From: Gammaproteobacteria bacterium
Lineage (GTDB): Bacteria > Pseudomonadota > Gammaproteobacteria > Eutrophobiales > Eutrophobiaceae
Reading direction: 5' to 3'
DNA length: 64,000 nucleotides
Assembly (NCBI GenBank): GCA_041984885.1
Contig: JBHIXH010000010.1
Coordinates: 1,697 to 65,696, forward strand
Shown here: one piece after another, positions 27,814 to 38,559 of the stretch
Numbering within the stretch: position 1 is the stretch's first letter
Layout: each line of letters starts with the position of its first letter
The notes under the pieces: model-generated
Database searches by the model: none
Told to the model about the DNA's origin: nothing
What the model saw: only the letters and a program-made list of their open reading frames with translations
Translations under genes and position numbers: made by a program

Positions 27814-27846
27814 AAAAACCGCGTTGTTGAACGCGGTTTTGTCATC
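27814..27846 (+). terminator. rho-independent terminator after rnt
   Basis: aaaaaaACCGCGTTgttgAACGCGGTtttgtc. Confidence 0.7.
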
Positions 27847-27957
27847 AGTGCGGCGGTGCGGATATTCCGGACCAACCAGCTATGTCATTGGACGATTCAT
27901 CATCGTCTCTACTATCTTGCCAGCCGGTAAACACCCGCTGACCGCCGAATCATGAGA

Positions 27958-28635
27958 CTAGCCTGCGCGACGTCGGGCGAAACCGACCCCAATCAAACCG
28001 GCTCCGAGAAGCGCGAGCGTGAACGGCTCGGGCACGGATGCCAGCGTCAGGTCCATATTCAGATCCCAGTGATGAGATTGCATATCGCCGGTAATCCATG
28101 CGGAGGCACCGAACACCGGTGTTTTATCATTGGCGCCCATGCCGATCTGCAAGCCGAAGTTGTTCACCATACCATTGATTAAAAAGTCAGCCGGGTCTTC
28201 CTCTTCATTTTCCGCATAGTCAATCGTGATAGAACCAAGCACATTGCGGAAGAACAGCCAGTCAGCCGGGTTGCCGCTGCCGACCGGCGGTTTGTAATCG
28301 ACGAGCAGATGGTTATCGGTAAAATTACTGAACAATAAATCGATGACTGCGTCACCCTCTTCATTCGAAGCGGTGCCCTGCAATCGTGCTGTCCACGTGC
28401 TCGGTGCCCCGCTATCGAAAATCGTCAGCGTGGTTCCCTGGTCGAAATCAAAATAATTTGAGCAAGCAGCGCCGGGAATATCCTGGTTGGTCCAGAGACC
28501 GTGTGGTGCGGTCGCATCACAGCCGCTGCCCGTGGGACCGGTGCTGGTTACGTTAAAGATGATGTCTGCCTTCGCTGGCGAGATGACCAACGCCAGCAAC
28601 ATCATCGAAAAAATCAGATTCAGTCTTGTTTTCAT
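27958..28635 (-). CDS. PEP-CTERM sorting-domain secreted protein (putative exosortase substrate)
   Basis: 225 aa. N-terminal signal peptide. C-terminal 'VPEP' followed by a TM helix 'FTLALLGAGLIGVGF' and 'ARRRAG'. Confidence 0.8.
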   Translation of the reverse strand: MKTRLNLIFSMMLLALVISPAKADIIFNVTSTGPTGSGCDATAPHGLWTNQDIPGAACSNYFDFDQGTTLTIFDSGAPSTWTARLQGTASNEEGDAVIDLLFSNFTDNHLLVDYKPPVGSGNPADWLFFRNVLGSITIDYAENEEEDPADFLINGMVNNFGLQIGMGANDKTPVFGASAWITGDMQSHHWDLNMDLTLASVPEPFTLALLGAGLIGVGFARRRAG

Positions 28636-28905
28636 TCTTGCTTTACCTGTTCGTTGAATTCTTATGAATTAAGGCATCCTTATGTGAGAGTCAGCAAAGA
28701 GCATGCCAGACAAAATTTAATAATAAAAACAAATAGTTATAGATATAGTCATACACAAACTGTAAAAATATTCGACAGCTGCGGTTGTTGTCTAACTGTA
28801 ACTGTTTGAGAATTAAGGGAATTTTTGATCAGCCGGTTTTGGCTGTGTATTTATCAAGTGTAAGATTTTTCGACAACGGGTTGTTATATATACAACCCGG
28901 AATGT

Positions 28906-30213
28906 TCAGTTTTTTCTCAGTATCTGTTGCTGCCAGGCAGCGCAATCCCGGGCCAGCACATCGAGATTGAATGTGGTGTGGACATGGTTTTGCAGCACGC
29001 GTTGGCCGGCAATCCAGACATCGCTGACCTGGCATGAATTGACGGAGTAGATCAACTGGGAAACCGCATCAAACAACGGCTGTGTATTCAGCCGTGCCAG
29101 ATCAATAGCGACAACATCGGCCTGCTTGCCGATCACCAGCGAACCGATCTGGTGATCCAGTCCGAGTGCGATGGCTGCGTTCAATGTCGCCATACGCAAT
29201 GCCGTGGCCGCGGGAACGGCGGTCGGATTTTCCGCCACGGCCTTGGCCAGCATGGCCGCAGTTCGGGTCTCGTCCAGCATATCCAGATCGTTGTTACTGG
29301 CGGCACCGTCGGTGCCGATAGCGACATTGATGCCGGCCTCGATCAGTTGCTGCACCGGGCAAAAGCCGCTGGCCAGTTTCAGATTCGATTGCGGACAATG
29401 CACAACATTCAGGTTGAAGCGCGCCGCCAATTCAATCTCTTCACTGTCAAGTTGTGTCATGTGCACCGCGATCAGTCGCTGACTTAATAAACCGAGATCG
29501 TGCAAACGAGTCAATGGACGCTTGCCATGTTTGTCCAGTTCACCATTCACTTCATCGGCGGTTTCATGCACATGCATATGGATCGGCACGTCCAGTTCCT
29601 CCGCCAGCGTGCCGAGGCGGGTTAATGGTTCATCCGAAACCGTGTAGGGGGCATGCGGTGCAAACGCCGTCGTTATCAGGGGCGAGTGTCGATATTTATC
29701 GTGTACCATTTCGCCCTTGGTAAAATACTCTTGCGCATCTTTTGCCCAGGCCGTGGGAAAGTCGATCAGGATCAAACCGATGCTGGCACGCATGCCCGCT
29801 TCGATCGCGACTTCGGCCGTTTGGTCCGGAAAAAAATACATATCGTTAAAGCAGGTAGTGCCAGCCGCGATCATCTCGGCAATGGCCAGGCGTGTCCCGT
29901 CGCGGACGAAGGCTTCATCGACACAGCGTTGTTCAGCAGGCCAGATATGTTCGTTTAACCATTGCATCAGGGGCAGGTCATCAGCGAGTCCGCGAAACAG
30001 GCTCATCGCCGCATGCGTATGTGCATTGATCAGTCCGGGGATCAGCACATGATCGGGCAGGGTAATGACTTCTGCATCCGGATAGGTCGCCGTTGCCTCG
30101 GCGGATGGTAGCAGGTCGTGAATGCAATCCTGTTCGATAACGAGCGTATGTTGTTCCAGCACTGTGTCTTCCGGTTCAACCGGGATGATCCAGCGGGCTT
30201 GCAGTAATTTCAT
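28906..30213 (-). CDS. mtaD: 5-methylthioadenosine/S-adenosylhomocysteine deaminase-like amidohydrolase
   Basis: 435 aa with the metal-binding 'INAHTHAAMS' and 'HVHETADE'. Divergent from mtnA. Confidence 0.7.
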   Translation of the reverse strand: MKLLQARWIIPVEPEDTVLEQHTLVIEQDCIHDLLPSAEATATYPDAEVITLPDHVLIPGLINAHTHAAMSLFRGLADDLPLMQWLNEHIWPAEQRCVDEAFVRDGTRLAIAEMIAAGTTCFNDMYFFPDQTAEVAIEAGMRASIGLILIDFPTAWAKDAQEYFTKGEMVHDKYRHSPLITTAFAPHAPYTVSDEPLTRLGTLAEELDVPIHMHVHETADEVNGELDKHGKRPLTRLHDLGLLSQRLIAVHMTQLDSEEIELAARFNLNVVHCPQSNLKLASGFCPVQQLIEAGINVAIGTDGAASNNDLDMLDETRTAAMLAKAVAENPTAVPAATALRMATLNAAIALGLDHQIGSLVIGKQADVVAIDLARLNTQPLFDAVSQLIYSVNSCQVSDVWIAGQRVLQNHVHTTFNLDVLARDCAAWQQQILRKN

Positions 30214-30291
30214 GGCGTTACTTTTTATTTTTTCTGACGTATCGTACGCGCATTATCTCATATCGTTATCCTGCAGATTTATAAAATTCAG

Positions 30292-31338
30292 ATGAGTTCG
30301 TTTGATTCCAGAGTCAAAGCCGTCGAGTGGTCTGACGGTAAATTACGCCTGCTCGATCAACGTGTGTTGCCCGCGGAGGTTAGTTATCTGGATTTTCAGA
30401 CAGCAGCAGAAACAGCCACGGCCATACGCGATATGGTGGTTCGTGGTGCCCCTGCGATCGGTGTAACGGCCGCCTATGCGGTGGTGCTGGCCGCTCGTGC
30501 CGCTTACACGGCTGACGCAGACAATTGGCAAGACCTGATACAGAAGGATCTGACCTTACTCGCTGCGGCCAGGCCAACGGCGGTTAATCTGGTTTGGGCC
30601 ATAAATGCAATGCAAAGCCTGTTTGCAGACATCAACGGAGATCCGGTCGCAACGTTACTGGATAAGGCCAGAGATATTCATCAGCAGGATATTGATGCGA
30701 ACCGGCGCATTGGTGAGCTGGGTGCGAACTGGCTGGGGGAAGTAACGGGAATTTTAACGCACTGTAATGCCGGGGCATTAGCCACCGGCGGTTATGGTAC
30801 GGCACTCGGTGTGATACGCAGTAGTTGGTCAAGCCAACAACTGCGACAGGTCTATGCGAATGAAACGCGTCCATGGTTACAGGGCGCAAGACTGACCGCA
30901 TGGGAATTAATGCAGGACAATATTCCGGTAACGTTGATTGCGGATAACGCGGCCAGTCACCTGATGGGTCGCGGCGAGATCAATGCTGTCGTGGTCGGTG
31001 CCGACAGGATCGCCGCCAACGGTGATGTGGCCAACAAGATCGGTACCTACCAGATAGCCATAGCGGCACGGCATCATAAATTGCGTTTCATCGTGGCTGC
31101 GCCGTTATCGACGATTGATCGCGACATGAAAAGCGGTGATCAAATTCCGCTGGAACAACGATCGGTTGATGAAGTGATGCAATGGCAAAATCAACGTACG
31201 GCACCGGTCAACTGCGTGGCGTTGAACCCGGCGTTTGATATCACACCGGCGGCATTAATCGATGCCATCGTGACCGAAGCCGGCCTGATTGAAAAGCCGA
31301 CCACAGAAAAAATTCAGGCGTTGTTCAGCAAACCGTAG
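30292..31338 (+). CDS. mtnA: S-methyl-5-thioribose-1-phosphate isomerase
   Basis: 348 aa, eIF-2B-like fold: 'VVRGAPAIGVTAAYA', 'VVGADRIAANGDVANKIGT'. Confidence 0.85.
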   Translation: MSSFDSRVKAVEWSDGKLRLLDQRVLPAEVSYLDFQTAAETATAIRDMVVRGAPAIGVTAAYAVVLAARAAYTADADNWQDLIQKDLTLLAAARPTAVNLVWAINAMQSLFADINGDPVATLLDKARDIHQQDIDANRRIGELGANWLGEVTGILTHCNAGALATGGYGTALGVIRSSWSSQQLRQVYANETRPWLQGARLTAWELMQDNIPVTLIADNAASHLMGRGEINAVVVGADRIAANGDVANKIGTYQIAIAARHHKLRFIVAAPLSTIDRDMKSGDQIPLEQRSVDEVMQWQNQRTAPVNCVALNPAFDITPAALIDAIVTEAGLIEKPTTEKIQALFSKP

Positions 31339-31488
31339 AGCGAATTCAAGCCACTGAAACTACGCCGGTTTTAGTGCAGCATAATCGGCAAAATTATTAT
31401 CCTGAAAGGGGCTTTTGTGATACAATTTCCCGCTTGAAAAGATGTCCACAAAAATACAATAAAAGCCAGTTTAGAAAGCCTTCCCTGA

Positions 31489-34029
31489 ATGAGTGATTCC
31501 GAGTTCGCGCGATCAGTTTCGCCGGTCAATATTGAAGATGAAATGAGGCAGTCCTACATGGATTACGCCATGAGCGTGATCGTGGGACGTGCATTACCGG
31601 ATGTCCGTGATGGTCTGAAACCGGTTCATCGCCGTGTCTTGTTCGCCATGAACGAGATGGGCAATGACTACAATAAACCATACAAGAAATCGGCACGCGT
31701 TGTCGGTGACGTCATTGGTAAATACCATCCGCATGGTGACTCGGCCGTGTACGACACGATCGTGCGTATGGCCCAACCTTTCTCATTACGCTATCCACTT
31801 GTCGATGGTCAGGGTAACTTTGGTTCGGTTGATGGTGATGCACCGGCAGCAATGCGATATACCGAAGTGCGCATGGCGCGCATTGCGCATGAGTTGTTGC
31901 AGGATATTGACAAGGAGACCGTTGATTACGCACCGAACTACGATGGTTCGGAACACGAACCGACGGTATTACCGGCACGCATCCCGAATCTGCTGGTCAA
32001 CGGTTCCAGCGGTATCGCTGTCGGTATGGCAACCAACATGCCGTCGCATAACCTGACCGAGGTGATCAACGCCTGTATCGCGACAATTGATAACCCGGAC
32101 ATCACGATAGCGGAATTAATCGAGATCATCCCCGGTCCGGACTTTCCAACGGCTGGCATTATTAACGGTGCCCGCGGCATTCACGAGGCGTATCTGACCG
32201 GACGTGGACGCATCTACATCCGGGCTCGATCGACGATAGAAGAAGAGGGCGATCAAAGTCGTATTGTCGTGACGGAACTGCCGTACCAGGTGAACAAGGC
32301 ACGTCTGCTGGAAAAGATCGCTGAACTGGTCAAGGACAAGAAACTGACCGGCATCCGTGAACTGCGCGATGAGTCGGACAAGGATGGCATGCGTATGGTC
32401 ATTGAATTACGCAAGGGCGAATCGGGCGACGTGATATTAAATAACCTGTATCAACACACGCAGATGCAGTCGGTGTTTGGTATCAACATGGTGGCGCTGG
32501 TCGACAATCAGCCGCGTCTGTTGAATTTGAAAATATTGCTGGAGGCGTTCATTCGTCACCGGCGCGAGATCGTTACCCGCCGCACCATATTCGATTTACG
32601 TAAGGCACGCGGCCGGGCTCATATCCTGGAAGGGCTGGCGGTTGCGCTGGCGAATATCGACCCGGTCATTGAACTGATCAAGGCATCGAAGACACCGGCC
32701 GAGGCGAAACAGGGCTTGCTGCAACCGTTGTGGCAATCGACTGTGGTGCAGGACATGTTAAAGCGTGCCGGGGCGGAAGCCTCGCGGCCGGAAGCCTTGT
32801 CGGCCGAGTTTGGTCTGACCGATGAGGGTTATCGGTTGTCCGAGGCCCAGGCCCAGGCAATCCTCGATCTGAAACTGCAACGCCTGACCGGCCTGGAACA
32901 GGACAAGGTGTTACAGGAATACAGTGAAATTCTCGAAACCATTCAGGATCTGCGTGACATACTCGAACGCCCCGAGCGATTGATGACGGTCATCAAGGAT
33001 GAACTGGTTGAAATCCGTGATTGCTACGGCGATGAGCGTCGTACCGAGATCATTGCCACGCAGGAAGACCTCTCGATCGAGGACCTGATAACGGAAGAAG
33101 ATGTCGTCGTCACGTTTTCGCACGCTGGCTATGCCAAGTATCAGCCGATTGATGTGTATCGTTCACAGCGTCGTGGTGGTCGTGGCAAGTCGGCAACGAA
33201 TGTGAAAGAAGAGGACTTTGTCGACAAATTATTTATCGCCAGTACGCACGATACGATGTTGTGTTTTTCCAGCTTTGGAAAATTATACTGGCTAAAGGTG
33301 TATCAATTACCGCAGGCCAGCCGTACTGCCCGCGGCAAACCCATCATCAACCTGTTACCACTGGACGAAGGTGAACGCATCAGTGCCATCCTGCCAATCC
33401 GCGAGTTTTCCGATGACAAGTTTGTCTTCATGGCAACGGCAGATGGAACGGTCAAGAAATGCAGCCTGAAAGATTTTTCCCGACCACGTCCAAGTGGCAT
33501 ACGCGCCATTGAACTGGTCGAGGGCAATCACCTGATCGGTGTTGAACTGACCGATGGTGAGCACGACGTGATGCTGTTCAGTGATGCCGGTAAGTGTGTA
33601 CGCTTCAACGAGGCCGAAGTGCGTACGATGGGACGTACGGCGCGCGGTGTCCGCGGCATTCGACTGGCCAGGGATCAGGCAGTGATCTCGTTGCTGATCG
33701 TTGAGTCAGAGGAGGAGAGCGTACTCACGGCAACGGAAAACGGATATGGTAAACGCACACCGATTAATGATTATGCCCGCAAGGGCCGCGGCGGACTGGG
33801 CGTGATTTCGATCCAGACCACCGAGCGCAACGGCAAGGTCATCGGGGCTGAAGTGGTCAACGAAGACAACGAGATCATGTTGATCAGCAACCAGGGCACG
33901 TTAATTCGTACACCGGTGAAAGATGTGTCCTCGATGGGACGGAACACGCAGGGTGTACGCCTCGTATCACTGGGTGAGGGTGAGTCATTAAGCGGGATTG
34001 AACGCATCGTCGAAGACAGCGAAGAATAA
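31489..34029 (+). CDS. gyrA: DNA gyrase subunit A
   Basis: 846 aa; '[14 protein letters not shown]' and 'AAMRYTE' (the catalytic Tyr region). Confidence 0.95.
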   Translation: MSDSEFARSVSPVNIEDEMRQSYMDYAMSVIVGRALPDVRDGLKPVHRRVLFAMNEMGNDYNKPYKKSARVVGDVIGKYHPHGDSAVYDTIVRMAQPFSLRYPLVDGQGNFGSVDGDAPAAMRYTEVRMARIAHELLQDIDKETVDYAPNYDGSEHEPTVLPARIPNLLVNGSSGIAVGMATNMPSHNLTEVINACIATIDNPDITIAELIEIIPGPDFPTAGIINGARGIHEAYLTGRGRIYIRARSTIEEEGDQSRIVVTELPYQVNKARLLEKIAELVKDKKLTGIRELRDESDKDGMRMVIELRKGESGDVILNNLYQHTQMQSVFGINMVALVDNQPRLLNLKILLEAFIRHRREIVTRRTIFDLRKARGRAHILEGLAVALANIDPVIELIKASKTPAEAKQGLLQPLWQSTVVQDMLKRAGAEASRPEALSAEFGLTDEGYRLSEAQAQAILDLKLQRLTGLEQDKVLQEYSEILETIQDLRDILERPERLMTVIKDELVEIRDCYGDERRTEIIATQEDLSIEDLITEEDVVVTFSHAGYAKYQPIDVYRSQRRGGRGKSATNVKEEDFVDKLFIASTHDTMLCFSSFGKLYWLKVYQLPQASRTARGKPIINLLPLDEGERISAILPIREFSDDKFVFMATADGTVKKCSLKDFSRPRPSGIRAIELVEGNHLIGVELTDGEHDVMLFSDAGKCVRFNEAEVRTMGRTARGVRGIRLARDQAVISLLIVESEEESVLTATENGYGKRTPINDYARKGRGGLGVISIQTTERNGKVIGAEVVNEDNEIMLISNQGTLIRTPVKDVSSMGRNTQGVRLVSLGEGESLSGIERIVEDSEE

Positions 34030-34158
34030 ACCGGAATTATCCGACACTGTTTTCGAGCCGGTTAAACGCCCGACACCGGAATCTAGCCCAGGGGCTAGCG
34101 GCACTTTTTGCCTAACTGCTTTATACTGCCTGCCATTTTACAGGCCAGAACCAGTCAC

Positions 34159-35247
34159 ATGTCGGAAAAATCACCCACACTGGAACAACTTCGTGCAGAC
34201 ATTGATGCACTCGATGACCAGATCCTTGCGCTGATCGCGCAGCGGGCCGAAAAGGCCGGTCTGGTCGTCAAGGCAAAGAATATCGATCCCGCACAGGAAG
34301 ATTGTTATCGGCCGGAACGCGAGGCACAGGTGTTGCGTCGTTTGTTGCAGAGTAATCACAGCCTGCTGAACGATGAGAACATCGCGGCTATATTCCGCGA
34401 AGTAATGTCCGCCTGCCTGGCCCTGCAACAACAGTTATCGATTGCCTATCTTGGCCCTGCGGGTACGTTTACCCAGACTGCCGCGTTGAAACATTTTGGC
34501 CACGCCGTACAGACGCATGCCTTTGGCAGTATCGATCAGGTGTTTCGGGAAGTGGAATCCGGTACCTGTCGATACGGTGTCGTGCCGATTGAGAATTCGA
34601 TTGAAGGCGTGGTGAATCATACGCTCGACATGTTGATCAACTCCGGCCTGATCATATGTGGCGAAGTGGAATTGCGCATTCACCATCATCTACTCAGCAA
34701 GTCAACAGACATCCAGTCGATTAAAACGATCTATGCTCATCAGCAATCATTTGCTCAATGCCGTGCCTGGCTGGAGAGCCATGTCCAGCAGGCCGAACAT
34801 GTAACGTTAAACAGTAACGCCGAGGGGGCACGGCGTGCTGTCACCGAGACGGGTACGGCTGCGATCGCCGGTGAAGCGGCCATGCTTGAATACGGGCTGG
34901 ATCAACTGGCGATGAATATCGAGGATGAACCGAATAACACGACACGGTTTTTGATTATCGGTCGTCAGCAAGCCGCCCCGAGCGGTCAGGATAAAACCTC
35001 GTTGTTGTTTGCCGCACCCAACAAGTCCGGAGCCCTGCACCGGTTGCTGGCCTGTTTCGCTGATAATGATGTCAGCATGACGCGCATCGAGTCACGACCG
35101 TCGCGCCGTGGCATGTGGGACTATGTGTTTTTTGTTGATGTTGAAGGACACATTAACGACGCAGCGGTGGCAAAAGCCGTGCAGGAACTGGAGCAACATG
35201 CCTCAATGGTGAAATGGCTCGGTTCGTATCCGTGTGCAGTCCTCTAG
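34159..35247 (+). CDS. pheA: bifunctional chorismate mutase / prephenate dehydratase (P-protein)
   Basis: Start chosen at ATG 34159 (MSEKSPTLEQLRADIDALD). The N-terminal part is a chorismate-mutase helix; PDT and ACT domains follow. Confidence 0.88.
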   Translation: MSEKSPTLEQLRADIDALDDQILALIAQRAEKAGLVVKAKNIDPAQEDCYRPEREAQVLRRLLQSNHSLLNDENIAAIFREVMSACLALQQQLSIAYLGPAGTFTQTAALKHFGHAVQTHAFGSIDQVFREVESGTCRYGVVPIENSIEGVVNHTLDMLINSGLIICGEVELRIHHHLLSKSTDIQSIKTIYAHQQSFAQCRAWLESHVQQAEHVTLNSNAEGARRAVTETGTAAIAGEAAMLEYGLDQLAMNIEDEPNNTTRFLIIGRQQAAPSGQDKTSLLFAAPNKSGALHRLLACFADNDVSMTRIESRPSRRGMWDYVFFVDVEGHINDAAVAKAVQELEQHASMVKWLGSYPCAVL

Positions 35248-35259
35248 CGGCAGTTTATT

Positions 35260-36363
35260 ATGTCCTGTGATCTTTTCCAGTTAGCCACGCCCGGCGTCGC
35301 CGGTTTACAGCCGTATCATCCGGGTAAACCGATTGAGGAGTTACAGCGGGAACTGGGCCTGGAAAAAATCATCAAGCTGGCATCGAACGAAAATCCTCTC
35401 GGTGTCAGTGGCGCAGCAAAAAAGGCCGTGCATGCCTTTACTGACTATTGTCGCTATCCGGATGGCAATGCCTTTCTGTTGAAACAGAAACTGGCCGAAA
35501 GACATTCTATTGCCACGAATCAGATTACGATTGGTAATGGTTCTAACGATGTACTTGAATTGATCACGCGGGCAACAGCGACAGCCGAACATGAAATCGT
35601 TTTTTCTGCCCATGCGTTTGCGGTTTACCCCCTGGTAACACAGGCGATCGGCGCAAAAGCCGTGGTAATTCCGGCGATAGACTGGGGTCATGATTTGCAG
35701 GCCATGGCTGCCGCCATTAATGAGCGAACCCGCATTGTATTTATCGCCAATCCGAATAATCCGACCGGAACCTGGTTAACGCATGCCGCGGTTGATGCGT
35801 TTCTTGCGTCGGTTCCTGAAGAAGTGATTGTCGTGCTCGACGAGGCCTATTACGAATACGCGAATCAGCATGATTATCCGGATTCAGAACAATTGCTGCA
35901 GCAATATTCAAACCTGGTTGTCATGCGCACCTTCTCAAAGGCTTTTGGCCTGGCCAGCCTGCGTGTGGGTTATGCCTTGTCCGATCCGGCATTGGCCGAT
36001 TTAATGAACCGCGTGCGACAACCGTTTAATGTTAACAGCCTGGCCATGGTCGCTGCCTGTGCCGTGCTGGATGACGACGACTACATTGAACGCAGTGTGC
36101 AAGTGAACACGACCGGCATGCAACAATTGATCGCGGGCCTGGATAGCATGGGACTGCATTACATCGGATCGCGCGGCAATTTTATTTGCATCAATCTGCA
36201 ACAGTCCGGCGCAGGGATTTATCAAAAGCTGTTACATGAAGGTGTTATCGTCAGGCCGATCGATAACTACGGCATGCCGGAGTTTATTCGTGTCAGTATA
36301 GGTACAGAGCAGGAAAATACCGCATTTCTCGCGGCCCTCACCCAGGTCCTGAGCGAAACATGA
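35260..36363 (+). CDS. hisC: histidinol-phosphate aminotransferase
   Basis: 367 aa, 'LASNENPLG', with the PLP-lysine region 'TFSKAFGLA'. Confidence 0.88.
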   Translation: MSCDLFQLATPGVAGLQPYHPGKPIEELQRELGLEKIIKLASNENPLGVSGAAKKAVHAFTDYCRYPDGNAFLLKQKLAERHSIATNQITIGNGSNDVLELITRATATAEHEIVFSAHAFAVYPLVTQAIGAKAVVIPAIDWGHDLQAMAAAINERTRIVFIANPNNPTGTWLTHAAVDAFLASVPEEVIVVLDEAYYEYANQHDYPDSEQLLQQYSNLVVMRTFSKAFGLASLRVGYALSDPALADLMNRVRQPFNVNSLAMVAACAVLDDDDYIERSVQVNTTGMQQLIAGLDSMGLHYIGSRGNFICINLQQSGAGIYQKLLHEGVIVRPIDNYGMPEFIRVSIGTEQENTAFLAALTQVLSET

Positions 36364-37244
36364 TAAACCGGTTAACGATTTTTGGAGTTGGTCTGATCGG
36401 TGGTTCGCTGGCACGAGCACTGAAACAGAAACAATTATGCGGGCATATTGCTGGTTGCAGCCGCAACCGGAACAACCTGCAACTGGCGCAGGATCTCGGT
36501 GTGATTGACAGTTTTACGACCGATGCCAGCGCGGCCGTCGCCGATGCCGATGTCATTCTGCTGGCCTCTCCGGTCAGCACGTATCAACCGATTCTCGAAT
36601 CGATTGCGCATTCTATTAAACCGGATGCGGTGATAACCGATGCCGGCAGTACCAAAGGCAGCGTGGTGAAGGCAGCAAAAAATACACTCGGCGAACACCT
36701 GAAACATTTTGTTCCCGGCCATCCAATCGCCGGTACGGAACAGTCTGGCGTCGAGGCATCCTTTGCCAGCTTGTATGAATCTCACCGGGTCATCCTGACG
36801 CCACTGCCGGAAACCGACATCAAGGCGACCGAAATTATTGCCAACATGTGGCATGCAGTCGGGGCTGAAGTAGTGACGATGGATTACGAGCACCATGATC
36901 GCGTGTTAGCAGCGACCAGCCATTTGCCACATTTGCTTGCGTATGCACTCGTCGATTGTCTCGCCCGTATGCAGGAACGGGAGGAAATATTTCGTTATGC
37001 CGCCGGCGGCTTTGCCGATTTTACCCGCATCGCCTCCAGCAATCCGGACATGTGGCATGACATCTGTTTTTCCAATCGGGAAGAGTTGCTGAAAGTGGTA
37101 CGTCAATTTGATGAGCACCTGCGGGAGATTGAAACAGCTATTAACAATGATGACTCACAGTCATTGTTAGATATATTTACCCGGGCGAAAACCGCTCGCG
37201 ATAACTTTACCGACCTGAGAGATATCGATAAGCAACATGACTGA
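36360..37244 (+). CDS. tyrA: prephenate/arogenate dehydrogenase
   Basis: 294 aa with a Rossmann 'IFGVGLIGGSLA'. Overlaps hisC by 4 nt. Confidence 0.85.
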   Translation: MINRLTIFGVGLIGGSLARALKQKQLCGHIAGCSRNRNNLQLAQDLGVIDSFTTDASAAVADADVILLASPVSTYQPILESIAHSIKPDAVITDAGSTKGSVVKAAKNTLGEHLKHFVPGHPIAGTEQSGVEASFASLYESHRVILTPLPETDIKATEIIANMWHAVGAEVVTMDYEHHDRVLAATSHLPHLLAYALVDCLARMQEREEIFRYAAGGFADFTRIASSNPDMWHDICFSNREELLKVVRQFDEHLREIETAINNDDSQSLLDIFTRAKTARDNFTDLRDIDKQHD

Positions 37245-38559
37245 TAGTCCAGGTTTGTGTTGGCAGGTGGAACAGGCTGGTGCGATCAGCGGGACGATCC
37301 AGGTTCCCGGTGACAAATCGATCTCGCATCGTGCCCTGATGTTCGCGGCACTGGCCGAGGGCGACTCCAGACTCAGTGGTTTTCTTGCCGGTGCCGATAC
37401 GCTGGCAACCAAACGCGCGTTCGAGTTGATGGGTGTCAGGATCGATTCTGTAGCAGACACTGAACTGGTTGTGCACGGTGTGGGTATGCACGGTTTGCAA
37501 AATCCGGCAGCACCGCTTGATTTCGGTAACTCCGGTACAGCCACGCGTTTGATGGCAGGACTGTTAGCCGGTAGTGGCATTGTCTGCGAGATCGTCGGTG
37601 ATGAATCATTAATGCAACGTCCCATGGGGCGTGTTATCACGCCGCTGCGATTGATGGGCGCTGATATAACCGGGACAGCAAACAATACATTACCGATAAA
37701 AATCGGCTCAGTGAGAAAATTGCGGGGCATTGAATACACGTTACCGGTTGCCAGTGCGCAATTAAAATCCTGCCTGTTGCTGGCTGGTATGTACGCAGAC
37801 CCGGCGACCCGGATTAAACAGCCGGCCCCGTCACGCGATCATACCGAGCGACTGTTACGCGCATTGGGTGCAGACATCCAGTCAATCCAGGACGAGATCT
37901 GTATGCAACCGGTGCAACACTTGAAGAGTTTCGACATGACGATACCGGCAGATATTTCTTCGACCGCGTTTTTTATCGTGGCCGCGCTCATCACACCCGG
38001 TTCGAATATTATTATCCCGAATGTTGGCATCAATCCAACACGCGATGGTGTGCTGACGATTCTTAAACAGACGGGTGGTGCAATCATCCTGTCCAATCAA
38101 AAAGACGTCTCCGGTGAACCGGTCGCGGACATACAGGTAAAACACAGTGCACTGAAAGGTATTGTCATCGACGAGGCACTCGTGCCGAATGCAATTGATG
38201 AATTTCCCGCCATCTTGATCGCGGCGGCGGCCGCTTCCGGCACAACCAAACTGACGGGCGCGGAAGAGTTGCGTGTGAAAGAAAGCGATCGTATCGCCGC
38301 GATGAGCGCAGGCTTATCGGCACTTGGCGTTACCAACCGGACCCGTGCCGATGGTATCGAGGTGGATGGTGGTCAGATAGGTGCCGGCAGCGTCGACAGC
38401 CACACCGATCACCGCATTGCGATGGCGTTTACCGTCGCCGGCCTGGTTGCCGATGGTCCGGTGAAGATCCGGCGATGCGACAATGTGACGACGTCGTTCC
38501 CCGGATTTTTTACCGTCATGAAACAGGCCGGGGTCAACATCAGAACGGTGAAAGAGTGA
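37237..38559 (+). CDS. aroA: 3-phosphoshikimate 1-carboxyvinyltransferase (EPSP synthase)
   Basis: 440 aa; 'LGNSGTATRL' and 'DHRIAMAF'. Confidence 0.92.
   Translation: MTDSPGLCWQVEQAGAISGTIQVPGDKSISHRALMFAALAEGDSRLSGFLAGADTLATKRAFELMGVRIDSVADTELVVHGVGMHGLQNPAAPLDFGNSGTATRLMAGLLAGSGIVCEIVGDESLMQRPMGRVITPLRLMGADITGTANNTLPIKIGSVRKLRGIEYTLPVASAQLKSCLLLAGMYADPATRIKQPAPSRDHTERLLRALGADIQSIQDEICMQPVQHLKSFDMTIPADISSTAFFIVAALITPGSNIIIPNVGINPTRDGVLTILKQTGGAIILSNQKDVSGEPVADIQVKHSALKGIVIDEALVPNAIDEFPAILIAAAAASGTTKLTGAEELRVKESDRIAAMSAGLSALGVTNRTRADGIEVDGGQIGAGSVDSHTDHRIAMAFTVAGLVADGPVKIRRCDNVTTSFPGFFTVMKQAGVNIRTVKE

Noticed and set aside
37985-38000. tRNA-like 'GGTTCGAAT' T-loop motif.
   Set aside because: It lies inside the aroA coding sequence with no acceptor or anticodon stem context. 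No tRNA genes were detected anywhere in the window.
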